Below are positions 52,544 through 61,561 of a stretch of DNA of 64,000 nt, piece by piece. The stretch is from an uncultured Gemmatimonadales bacterium (GTDB lineage Bacteria; Gemmatimonadota; Gemmatimonadetes; Gemmatimonadales; GWC2-71-9): positions 489,508 to 553,507 of the forward strand of contig CAVXIN010000003.1 of NCBI GenBank assembly GCA_963761885.1, in the 5' to 3' direction. The first letter of the stretch is position 1. Each line of letters opens with the position of its first letter. Made by a program: the position numbers and the translations under genes. The notes below the pieces were generated by a model. It saw nothing but the letters and a program-made list of their open reading frames with translations, was not told the DNA's origin and searched no databases.

Positions 52544-52562
52544 GAAGAAAGGATGAAGGATC
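52544..52562 (-). promoter_or_regulatory. Shared cis motif, site a (upstream of Usp 51699..52496)
   Basis: The minus strand reads GATCCTTCATCCTTTCTTC, ending 47 nt upstream of the GTG start. It matches sites b and c. Confidence 0.4.
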
Positions 52563-52616
52563 AGGGAAAGCGTTCAGGGGTTTCGGGCATGCGGGGTCGG
52601 ATGCACATTCCGCTGC

Positions 52617-53856
52617 GTGAACCCCCGGACCACCCCGAACACCGCGGACGCGCAGCAGCGCCTGGAGCGCCTGGTCATCGCCATGACCGGGCTGATTGCC
52701 GACGTGTCGCTGGATGCGGTGCTCGCCCACGCCGTCGAAGCCGCCGCGGAGCTCATCGGAGCCCAGTTCGCCGCCGTCGGAGTACTGGCGCCGGACGGCC
52801 GTCTGCTGGAGAGCTTTACCACCTACGGAATCGATGATGAACTGCGGGCCCGTATCGGCCCCCCACCTCGAGGCCACGGCATTCTGGGCCTGGTCATCCG
52901 CGAGGCGCGTCCCATCCGCCTTCCCGATCTCAACCGCCACCCCGATTCCTACGGCTTTCCACCCCATCACCCCCCGATGCGCTCCTTCCTCGGCGTGCCG
53001 ATCGCCGGGAGGCGCGGGGTGTTCGGCAACCTGTATCTCACGGAAAAACTCGGCGGCGCGTTGTTCACCGAGGAGGACGAGTACATCGCCGTCCTGCTCG
53101 CCAGCGCGATCGCCGCCGTGGTGGAGAACGCCAGGCTGCACGAGGAGAGCGCCCGCCTGCTGGAGGAGGTGCAGCAGCTGCATCGCTCCCGCGAGCGCTT
53201 CTTCGCGATGGTCAACCACGAGCTGCGCAACGCACTGGCCGCGGTGTACGGGTGGTCGGAGATGCTGGTCCGCAAGAAGGATCCTGCGACGGTGCCGCCG
53301 GCGGCCTTCGAAGTCCTGGACTCGGCCCAGCAGGCCGTGGCCCTGATCAACGACTTGCTGGACCTGAGCCGGCTGGACGAGGACCGCCTCAGGCCCAACA
53401 TCAGGCCGGTGGATCCTGGCAGTATCGCCAAGCGGGCAATCGGGCGAGTCACACCCGCCGCGGCTGCCCGCCAGGTCACCCTCGACCTGGAATTGGCGCC
53501 GGATCTGCCGGTCTGCGACACGGACGCGAGCCGGGTCGAGCAGATCCTGATCAACCTGCTCGGCAATGCGATACAGCACACCCCGGTGGGATCGAACGTG
53601 GTGCTCTCGACGGCGCGGCGCGACAAGGTGGTGGTCTTTACGGTGGCAGACGAAGGGCCGGGCATCCCCGAGAGCGGACCTGGAACTCATCTTCGACATC
53701 TACACCACCAAGAAGGAAGGCGACATGCGCGGCGTAGGTCTGGGCCTTCCCCTCTCGCGTCGGCTGGCACGGCTGCTCGGCGGCGACCTTCGGGCGGTCT
53801 CCCGCCCCGGAGCGGGCGGGAAGCTGGTCCTCGAGCTGCCGGCCGGTGAGTCGTGA
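52617..53856 (+). CDS. Cytoplasmic GAF-sensor histidine kinase, one frame break near 53675
   Basis: The GAF region is followed by the HisKA H-box FFAMVNHELRNAL and the N-box LINLLGNAIQHTP. ORF 53566..53856 holds the G-boxes (..GVGLGLPLSRRLARLLGG). No transmembrane segments are visible. Confidence 0.8.
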
Positions 53857-53877
53857 AGATTCCTTCATTCTGGCTTC
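53854..53877 (+). promoter_or_regulatory. Shared cis motif, site b (upstream of the response regulator)
   Basis: TGAAGATTCCTTCATTCTGGCTTC begins at the kinase stop codon and ends 37 nt upstream of ATG 53915. Confidence 0.4.
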
Positions 53878-53914
53878 TAAGAGCGTTCAGGCCCCGATAC
53901 CGAGATTTCTAGCC

Positions 53915-54616
53915 ATGAAGATTCTCGTCGTGGAGGACGACCGGAAGGTCGCCGGTTTCATCGAGCAGGGCCTGGAGGAAGAGGGCTACGTCGTCGACGT
54001 GGCGCCGGACGGCGATGAAGCGCTGATGCTGGCCCACGTCTACGACTACGACATCATCCTGCTCGATGTGGTGATGCCCAAGAAGAACGGGTTCCAGGTC
54101 GCCGCCGAGCTGAGACGCGAGGGTCGGAACACCCCGATCCTGATGCTCACGTCGCGTGACGCGGTGGAAGACGTGGTCCGGGGCCTCGACGCCGGGGCGG
54201 ACGACTATCTCGCCAAGCCTTTCCGGTTCGACGAGCTGCTGGCGCGGGTCCGGGCCCTCCATCGCCGGGGCGGGGCCGAGCGACTCGAGGTCCTGCGGTA
54301 CGGACCCATCTCGCTGGATCGCCTTCGCCACCAGGCGACGATCAACGACGACAAGCTCGACCTCACCCCGAAGGAGTTTCAGCTGCTCGAGTACTTCCTC
54401 CTGCACACGGAGGAAGTGGTGCGCCGGACCACTCTCCTGGAGAAGGTATGGGACATGCACTTCGACCCGGAGAGCAACGTGGTGGACGTCCACGTGGGGA
54501 ATCTGCGCCGCAAGCTGAGTCAGGCGTCCGGGGAACAGCTGCTGTCCACGGTGCGCGGAGTGGGCTTCAGTCTCCGCCGGACGGGGGAGCCGGAGGTGGG
54601 GGCCGAGCAAGCCTGA
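53915..54616 (+). CDS. OmpR/PhoB-family response regulator
   Basis: MKILVVEDD, phospho-acceptor context ILLDVVMP, LMLTSR, and a winged-helix output domain (LTPKEFQLLEYFL..VDVHVGNLRRKL..TVRGVGF). Confidence 0.9.
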   Translation: MKILVVEDDRKVAGFIEQGLEEEGYVVDVAPDGDEALMLAHVYDYDIILLDVVMPKKNGFQVAAELRREGRNTPILMLTSRDAVEDVVRGLDAGADDYLAKPFRFDELLARVRALHRRGGAERLEVLRYGPISLDRLRHQATINDDKLDLTPKEFQLLEYFLLHTEEVVRRTTLLEKVWDMHFDPESNVVDVHVGNLRRKLSQASGEQLLSTVRGVGFSLRRTGEPEVGAEQA

Positions 54617-56493
54617 CGTCCCGAGGCGCGGGCTTCCTCCCCGCCGTCGCCACTCTCGTCATCGTTTCGGGGCTCGCCGTCCGATTCTGGGTCGGCGCCG
54701 GACCCGCCGCCCTGGTCTGGAGCGCCGGGCTCGCGGTAACGGGGGCGCCGGTCGTCTGGCGCACGGTTCTGGGAATCGCCTCGGGGCGGTTTGCCGCGGA
54801 TCTGATCGCGATGCTGGCGATCCTCGCCTCCCTTCTGTTGGGCGAGCCGCTCGCGGGATTGATCGTCGTGGTAATGCAGACCGGAGGCGAGGCGCTCGAG
54901 CGCTACGCCGAAGGCCGCGCCTCGAACGCGGTGCGGGAGCTGGAGGCGGCCGCGCCCCGGGTCGCCCATCGGATCGGCACGAACGGTCCGGAGGATGTGG
55001 CCGCGGACGCCGTGGAAGTGGGCGACACGCTGCTGGTGCGGCCGGGTGAGCTGATCCCTTGCGACGGGCTGGTGGTGGACGGCTCGTCCAGCATCGATAC
55101 CTCACGGCTCACCGGTGAACCCGTACCGGTCACCGCCGAACCCGGCGTCCGCGTCATGAGTGGGAGCTTGAACCTCGAGGGTGCGATCGAGGTGCGGGCG
55201 GCGGCTCGGGCCGGTGAGAGTCAATATGCCCGGATCGTCGCCCTGGTCCGCACGGCCCAGGCCAGCAAGGCGCCGCTTCAGCGGCTCGCCGACCGATATG
55301 CGATCTGGTTTACTCCCTTCACCCTCACCGTCTGCGCGGCGGCCTACGCCCTGTCTGGTGATGCGACGCGCGCGCTGGCGGTGCTCGTAGTCGCGACCCC
55401 CTGCCCTCTCATCCTCGCGGTACCGGTCGCCATCATCGGCGGCGTCAATCGCGCCGCGCGGCACGGCATCATCTTTCGCCATGGCGCCGCCCTGGAACAG
55501 CTCGGCGGTGTGACGGTGGGGGTGTTCGACAAGACCGGAACGATGACCGTGGGACAACCGCGAGTGTCGCTGGTCCTGCCGGAGCCGCCTTACACCGAGG
55601 AGGAGCTGCTCCGCCTGACGGCGGGAGTGGAGCAGGCCTCGGGGCACCCCCTTGCCCGAACCGTCGTACAGGAGGCCGCATCCCGGAACGTCGCGGTGCC
55701 CGCGGCCCGCGATGTCGTCGAAGCACCGGGTCAGGGTGTGTCCGGTACGGTGGAGCAACACGAGGTCGCGGTGGGCGGATGGAGATACCTCGCCGCTCGA
55801 TACCCCGGCAGCTCCGCACTGCTCGATGAGCTGCGCACCCGCCGCGGACGCGCCGAGCTGCGGGCGTTCGTCGCCGTCGAGGGAAGACCCGCCGGGGTCA
55901 TCGTGTTCGCCGACCGAATCCGGCCCGAGATGGAGGGCCTGGTGCCGCGACTCCGACACCTGGGCCTGCACCGGATCATCCTGCTCTCGGGAGACGACCG
56001 GGGACACACCGAGGCCGTCGCCAGAGCAATGGGGATCACGGAGGCGCACGGCGAGCTGCTGCCGGGCGACAAGGCGGCTCACGTCCGAGCGTTGACGGAT
56101 GCCGGCGAACGGGTCCTCATGGTGGGCGACGGCACCAACGACGCGCCGGCCCTGACCTCGGCGACGGTGGGCGTGGCGCTGGCATCGGGTGGCGGCGGCA
56201 TCACCGCCGAAGCGGCCGACGCCGTGCTCCTGGCCGACGATCCCGCCAGGATCGTGACCGCGATCGCCATCAGCCGGCGCACGGTGCGTCTGGCCCGCCA
56301 GAGCATCTGGGCCGGACTCGGCCTCAGCGCTCTCGGCATGGCGGCCGCGAGTATCGGGCTGCTGCCTCCCATCGCCGGCGCCCTGGCGCAGGAGGCGATC
56401 GACGTCGCCGTCATTCTCAACGCGCTGCGGGCCAGTGCCGCGCCCCGCGTCATCTCGGGGTGGGGTCGCCGTCGGGACGCCCCCGAATCCTAG
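54613..56493 (+). CDS. P1B-type heavy-metal ATPase with PCP transmembrane motif (P1B-5-like); no metal-binding domain seen; start codon unresolved
   Basis: VVATPCPLILAVP, DKTGTMT, LLSGD, GDGTNDAPAL. There is no canonical in-frame start between the RR stop (54614-54616) and the first transmembrane segment. The in-frame ATG at 54448 would overlap the RR gene by 169 nt. Confidence 0.78.
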   Translation: MTSRGAGFLPAVATLVIVSGLAVRFWVGAGPAALVWSAGLAVTGAPVVWRTVLGIASGRFAADLIAMLAILASLLLGEPLAGLIVVVMQTGGEALERYAEGRASNAVRELEAAAPRVAHRIGTNGPEDVAADAVEVGDTLLVRPGELIPCDGLVVDGSSSIDTSRLTGEPVPVTAEPGVRVMSGSLNLEGAIEVRAAARAGESQYARIVALVRTAQASKAPLQRLADRYAIWFTPFTLTVCAAAYALSGDATRALAVLVVATPCPLILAVPVAIIGGVNRAARHGIIFRHGAALEQLGGVTVGVFDKTGTMTVGQPRVSLVLPEPPYTEEELLRLTAGVEQASGHPLARTVVQEAASRNVAVPAARDVVEAPGQGVSGTVEQHEVAVGGWRYLAARYPGSSALLDELRTRRGRAELRAFVAVEGRPAGVIVFADRIRPEMEGLVPRLRHLGLHRIILLSGDDRGHTEAVARAMGITEAHGELLPGDKAAHVRALTDAGERVLMVGDGTNDAPALTSATVGVALASGGGGITAEAADAVLLADDPARIVTAIAISRRTVRLARQSIWAGLGLSALGMAAASIGLLPPIAGALAQEAIDVAVILNALRASAAPRVISGWGRRRDAPES

Positions 56494-57050
56494 TCCACAT
56501 CGTCCAGAAGAAGAGCGCCAGCCCCAGCGCCTGGCGCGCAGCCTCCGGCCACCACCGTCCAGCGGACCCCGAGGCCGGCGCTGGTGGGACGGAGCAACTC
56601 TCCGGCGACGCGCGCCGCCGTGCCGAGCGACAGGAACCAGTAGGCGGCCTCCGCCAGGCGGGGGTCGAAATGCTGGTCGTCTCTCGCCGGGCGGGGAAAC
56701 ATCCACAGCGCGACACCCATGATCATCATCATCACGAACCCGACCAGGATCGCGTGAGTGTGAGCGCTGGTCCACCAGGGTGTCGGCCAGATGCCCCAGA
56801 GCTCCCGCCGGGCGAGCATGTACACGCCGAGCCCGATCCCGAAGACGAGAAAGCCGACGGCGGTCTTGAGGAAGCGGCGGACAAGGGGCGGCATCAGGGC
56901 GCTCGTTGGTACGGGGGACAGGTCGTAGACGAAGAGGTAGGCGCCCGCTGAGGCGGCCCCAGACACTCCGAAGATCATCCCCGTCACGAAGCCGAGCAAC
57001 AGCCCACGGAGTCGGCGTGAAGAAGACTTCACGCAAGACTCACGATGCAT
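56450..57050 (-). CDS. Hypothetical polytopic membrane protein with HTHAILVG...WMFPR motif; probable frame break near 56540
   Basis: ORF 56490..57134 from M at 57050 has 4-5 hydrophobic segments. ORF 56450..56716 supplies a more plausible last helix (ALGLALFFWTMWTRIRG). No family is recognised. Confidence 0.4.
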
Positions 57051-57072
57051 TGCTGCCTCCAGGGTAAGACTT

Positions 57073-57099
57073 GGCGGCACCCATGGATCACGTGCCGCC
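57073..57099. promoter_or_regulatory. Inverted repeat in the divergent region upstream of the cupredoxin-nos genes
   Basis: GGCGGCAC (57073-57080) and GTGCCGCC (57092-57099) flank CCATGGATCAC. The repeat ends 22 nt upstream of the cupredoxin ATG. Confidence 0.35.
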
Positions 57100-57120
57100 A
57101 CCGACCGGAAAGGAATCGTC

Positions 57121-57564
57121 ATGACCGCCGCCACTCACAGGTTCGTCGTCCTCTTCGCCCTCGCGGCCGGGGCCTGCGGTAGCCCGGATACGGGGGCGGT
57201 CCCGGGCACGGACTCGAGCTCGGCGGCGGCACCGAGCGCGGCCGCCGCCACGGCGAGCACCGGGACCGTCATCGAGATCAAGGCGATCACCGACGACAAG
57301 GGCAGCCGCTTCGAGCCCAACGAGGTCGAGGCGAAGCCCGGCGACGTCCTCCGCATCGTGCTGGTGACCGGGGTGCACAACATCAGCTTCCCCGCCGAGA
57401 AGAATCCGGGGGCCCAGGGCCTGCCCGCACCCAGCGACATGCTGCAGCTGCCGGGACAGACCCACGACGTGCCGATCACGTTCGCTCCGGGCGACTACGC
57501 GTTCCAGTGCGATCCGCACGCGGCGCTGGGGATGGTCGGCAAGCTGGAAGTGGAAGACGACTGA
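57121..57564 (+). CDS. Type-1 copper (cupredoxin, plastocyanin/pseudoazurin-like) protein, probable lipoprotein
   Basis: Signal FVVLFALAAGAC. Copper ligands in the canonical spacing: ...GVHNISF... and FQCDPHAALGM. Confidence 0.8.
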   Translation: MTAATHRFVVLFALAAGACGSPDTGAVPGTDSSSAAAPSAAAATASTGTVIEIKAITDDKGSRFEPNEVEAKPGDVLRIVLVTGVHNISFPAEKNPGAQGLPAPSDMLQLPGQTHDVPITFAPGDYAFQCDPHAALGMVGKLEVEDD

Positions 57565-57600
57565 GCGTTCCCACCCACCCCACCATTGGGAGGCAGGACC

Positions 57601-59615
57601 ATGTCTCGTGCTAGGTACGGTGCCCTCGGACTCATGCTGCTCGGGCTCGGCGCCTGTGAGGGCGTCAAGCCGGAGGCGCCGGGCACCAAGCCGATGGCCA
57701 CCGGCGACGTGCAGGCCGCCGCACTGGCGAGCTACGTCAAACCCGGCGATCAGGACCAGTACTATCTCTTCTACTCCGGCGGCCACTCGGGCCAGGTCTT
57801 CGTGGCCGGCGTCCCCTCCATGCGTCACATCTTCACGATCCCCGTCTTCACGCCCTATCCCGGCACCGGGTACGGCTACGACGAGGAGTCGAAGGCGATG
57901 CTGGGCGGATTCACCTGGGGCGACGTCCACCACCCGGCCGCCTCGAAGACGGCGGGCGATTACGACGGCCGCTGGCTCTTCGTGAACGACAACGCCAACA
58001 ACCGCATCGCGCGGATCGATCTGCGCGACCTCAAGACCAGGCAGATCCTGGGTCCGATCCCGAACACGATGGGCAATCACGGCTCGTCGATGGTCACCGA
58101 CAACACCGAGTACGCGCTGGTAGCCACGCGGTTCTCGGTGCCGATCGGAAGCCAGTACGCCCCGCTCGAGGATTACGCCAAGTCGTACAAGGGCGCCTTC
58201 TCCGGCATCCGGATCGATCCCCAGACGGGCACCATGTAGCTCGGATGGCAGATCATGACGCCGCCCTTCAACTGGGACCTCGGGCGCGACCGGCAAGGGG
58301 CCGTCGAACGACTGGGTGTTCTGGACCGCCTACAACAGCGAGCGCGCCACCGGCAAGCTCGAGACGTCGTCCACCCAGAAGGACCGCGACTACGTGGCCG
58401 TGGTGAACTGGAAGGCCGCCGAGAAGGCCGCCGCGGCCGCCGGCGGGGACACGTTCACGGCCAGCGGCGTGCGGATCATCGATCCGGCGAAGGCGCCGGG
58501 CGTGATGTATCTGCTGCCCTGCGGCAAGAGCCCGCACGGGGTGGACGTGGACCCCAGCGGCGAGTACGTCGTCTGCTCGGGCAAGCTGCAGCCGACGTCG
58601 ACCGTCTTCTCCTTCACCAAGATCCAGGATGCCATCGCGCGGAAGAGCTTCAGCGGATCCGAGGACGGCATCCCGGTCATCAAGTACGAGGACGCGATGG
58701 TGATGGAGGTGCCGGTCGGTCTGGGACCGCTGCACACCCAGTTCGACGGCAAGGGGAACGCCTACACCTCGCTCTACGTCGAGAGCGCCATCGCGAAGTG
58801 GAAGCTGCCGCCCTACGCCGCGGGCGTCGACCCGAAGTCGCTGGTGCTCGACAAGATCCCGGTGCAGTTCAACGTGGGCCACCTGGTGACCGCGCACGGC
58901 GACACCCGGCATCCCCGAGGGCGACTGGCTCGTGGCGATGAACAAGATGTCCAAGGGGCGGTCCATCCGAACCGGGCCGTCGATTCCCGAGAGCTCGCAG
59001 CTGATCGACATCACCGGCGCGGGGAAGATGCGGATGGTCTACGAGGCCTACACCGAGCCCGAGCCCCATTTCGCCCAGCTGGTGCACAAGGACGTCCTCA
59101 AGAACACGATCGAGTTCTATCCCAAGGCCGAGAGTCACCACCGGAAAGCCATCTGGGCGGGCAGCGACGCCAAGGTCACCCGGAACGCCGCGACTCGCAC
59201 GGTCGAGGGAACCGTCTTCGCCATCCGCAGCTATTTCGAGCCCGGCCGGATCCAGGTGCAGGAAGGCGACACCGTCATCCTCCACATCACCAATGCGGAG
59301 CAGGCGCGGGACGAGATCCACGGCTTCGGCCTGGTCACCTTCGACAAGAACCTGGTGATCGACCCGGGGGAGACCAAGACGCTCAAGTTCGTGGCTCGCC
59401 AGTCGGGGGTGTACCCGTACTACTGCACCAACTTCTGCTCGGCGCTGCATCAGGAGATGCAGGGCTATCTGGAGGTGGTGCCCCGAGGCCGCCCGCTCGC
59501 GCTCTACCAGGGTGGTGAGGGCGTCATGCGGCCGCCGGCGAGCGACAGCCGGGCGCCGATCCAGCAGGCCCAGGCCCCCGAGGCCGGCAGCCACGGCCCC
59601 ACCGGCACCCACTGA
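57601..59615 (+). CDS. nosZ: Nitrous-oxide reductase NosZ (Sec/lipoprotein-type signal, clade II-like), about 3 frame breaks
   Basis: GGGAGG lies 7 nt upstream of ATG 57601. Motifs: YYLFYSGGHSGQVFV, GDVHHP, NDNANNRIARIDL, SPHGVDVDPSG, HTQFDGKGNAYTS, and the CuA site YCTNFCSALHQEMQG. Pieces lie in ORFs 57586.., 58316.. and 58932..59615, with breaks near 58235-58300 and 58915. Confidence 0.88.
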
Positions 59616-59668
59616 CCCACGCGCGGCAGCGGGGCGCGAGCTCCGCTGCCGCGGTGCGGGAGGACTCG

Positions 59669-60296
59669 ATGCGAATGGACAGGTTGTTCGATGCGGTACG
59701 ACAGGCGCGGACCCCGATACTGCTGGTGGGCGCCCTGCTCGTGGCCGCGGCGACCATCCTCCCCGTCTGGGGGATGGTGCTGGTAAGCACGCAGTACCCG
59801 GAGGGTCTGCGCATGGTCGTGTATCCCGCGCGGATCGCGGGCGACATCGCCGAGATCAACGCGCTCAACCACTACATCGGGATGACGCCGGTCGCGGACG
59901 ACTTCTTCGTGGAGCTGCAGTACCTGCGGCCCCTGTTGCTGGGCGTTGCGGTGGCACTGGTCCTCGCGACGATCGCCCGGCACACCCGCTGGCTGACCAT
60001 CGTCCCGCTCGCGGCGCTGGCCCTCCTCGGCGTCGGGGGGCCTCGCCATGATGCGTTACCGCCTCTGGCAGTTCGGCCACCAGCTCGACCCCCAGGCGCC
60101 CATCACGATCGAGCCGTTCACTCCACCCATGGTCGGCCTCAACCAGATCGCCCAGTTCGCGACGTACAGCTATTTCGGCTGGGGCTTCTTCCTTCCTTTG
60201 GCTGCCGCGGTCCTGCTGGCGCTGGTGACCATCGCCGACCGGCGGCGCGATCTCGCCCCCGCTCCCCGCACGCCTGCTCGTGCTCACCTGACGTGA
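59669..60296 (+). CDS. NosB-like integral membrane protein, one frame break near 60040
   Basis: It lies immediately downstream of nosZ, the position of nosB in clade II clusters. It has four hydrophobic segments, and the C-terminal part lies in ORF 60048..60296. Assignment is by position and topology only. Confidence 0.45.
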
Positions 60297-60298
60297 CG

Positions 60299-61561
60299 AT
60301 GCTGCCGGTAGCGCTCCTCGCCGTGGTGGCGGTCTCGGGAGCTCAGGGGCCCGGCGTCCCGGCATCCGCCACCCTGGAGGTCGGTCCCGGCCGCCGATAT
60401 CACACCGCCGCCGCCGCGCTCGCGTCGGCCCAGCCCGGCGATACGATTCGCCTGGCCGCCGGTGTTCACGACGGACCGCTGGTCGTCCGCGTCCGGCGCC
60501 TCACCATGATCGGCCCGGGGGCGGTGGTGGACGGCGGGAGGCGCGGCACGGTGATCACGGTCGCGGCCGACTCGGTGACGCTCGACGGCTTCACGGTGCG
60601 TGCCAGCGGCAGGTCCATGGATCGCGACGATGCCGCGGTCAAGCTGGAGCGCTGCGTCGGCTGCGTGGTGCGCCGGCTGGTGGTGCGGGAGCCGCTGCAC
60701 GGCATCTACCTGCTCGAATCCCACGGGGTGACCCTCGAGGCGAACGACATCCTCGGACCCGCCGGCGTGCTCGAGTCCGCCCGCGGCAACGGGATCCATC
60801 TCTTCAACTCTTCCGACAACCGGTTGATCGGAAATCGGGTGCGCTCGACCCGGGACGGGATCTACTTCTCCTTCGCGGCCGGCAACGTCGTGACGGGCAA
60901 CGAGGTGACCCACACCCGCTACGGCCTGCACTACATGTACTCGGACGACAACCGGTTCGAGGACAACGCCTTCACCCAGAACGCGGCGGGCGCGGCGGTG
61001 ATGTTCTCCAAGCGGATCATCCTGCGGCGCAACCGGTTCTCGCGCCACATCGGGTATCGGGCCTACGGGCTCCTGCTGCAGACCGGCGAGGACATGCTGG
61101 TGGAGGAAAACCGCTTCGAAGGCAACCTGGTGGGGCTCTTCCTCGACGGCTCGTTGCGCAACACCTTCCGCGACAATCTCATCGCCGGCAACGGCATCGG
61201 CATCGACCTGCTGGCGAGCGCCGAGCAGAACACCTTCACCGCAAACCGATTTCGGCACAATCGCACTCCGGTGCGCAAGGTGCTCGGCACCGGCGAGAAT
61301 CGCTGGTCACACGAGGGCCGGGGCAACGACTGGGGCGACCCCGCGGTGTACGATCTCGATGGCGACGGCATCGGTGACCGGCCGTACCGTGCCGGCGATC
61401 CCTACCTGACGCTCGCCGCCGCGCGCCCGGCGCTCGAGGTCTACGGAGGCACTCTCGCTGCGCGCGCGCTGTCATGGGCCGAAGAGGCGTTCCCGGTGTT
61501 CGACGTCCCCCGCGTGGTGGACTCGGCACCGCTGGCCCCGCGCCGCGGGGCGATCCCATGA
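60299..61561 (+). CDS. nosD: NosD, periplasmic right-handed beta-helix copper-maturation protein
   Basis: Intact from ATG 60299. It has a signal peptide and repeated beta-helix turns (NGIHLFNSSDNRLIGN, DGIYFSFAAGNVVTGN, YGLHYMYSDDNRFEDN, ...). Confidence 0.85.
   Translation: MLPVALLAVVAVSGAQGPGVPASATLEVGPGRRYHTAAAALASAQPGDTIRLAAGVHDGPLVVRVRRLTMIGPGAVVDGGRRGTVITVAADSVTLDGFTVRASGRSMDRDDAAVKLERCVGCVVRRLVVREPLHGIYLLESHGVTLEANDILGPAGVLESARGNGIHLFNSSDNRLIGNRVRSTRDGIYFSFAAGNVVTGNEVTHTRYGLHYMYSDDNRFEDNAFTQNAAGAAVMFSKRIILRRNRFSRHIGYRAYGLLLQTGEDMLVEENRFEGNLVGLFLDGSLRNTFRDNLIAGNGIGIDLLASAEQNTFTANRFRHNRTPVRKVLGTGENRWSHEGRGNDWGDPAVYDLDGDGIGDRPYRAGDPYLTLAAARPALEVYGGTLAARALSWAEEAFPVFDVPRVVDSAPLAPRRGAIP

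Noticed and set aside
54448-54612. In-frame ATG at 54448 considered as the start of the PCP-type ATPase.
   Set aside because: It would overlap the response-regulator gene by 169 nt, and the extra residues are Gly/Arg-rich with no domain character. The true start remains unresolved.
50549-54616. The Usp genes plus GAF kinase considered as a DosS/DosR-type dormancy regulon.
   Set aside because: The regulator has an OmpR/PhoB winged-helix output rather than a NarL/LuxR one. The kinase has a HisKA-type H-box (NHELRNAL) rather than HisKA_3, and the shared motif does not resemble the palindromic DosR box. The analogy is functional speculation only.
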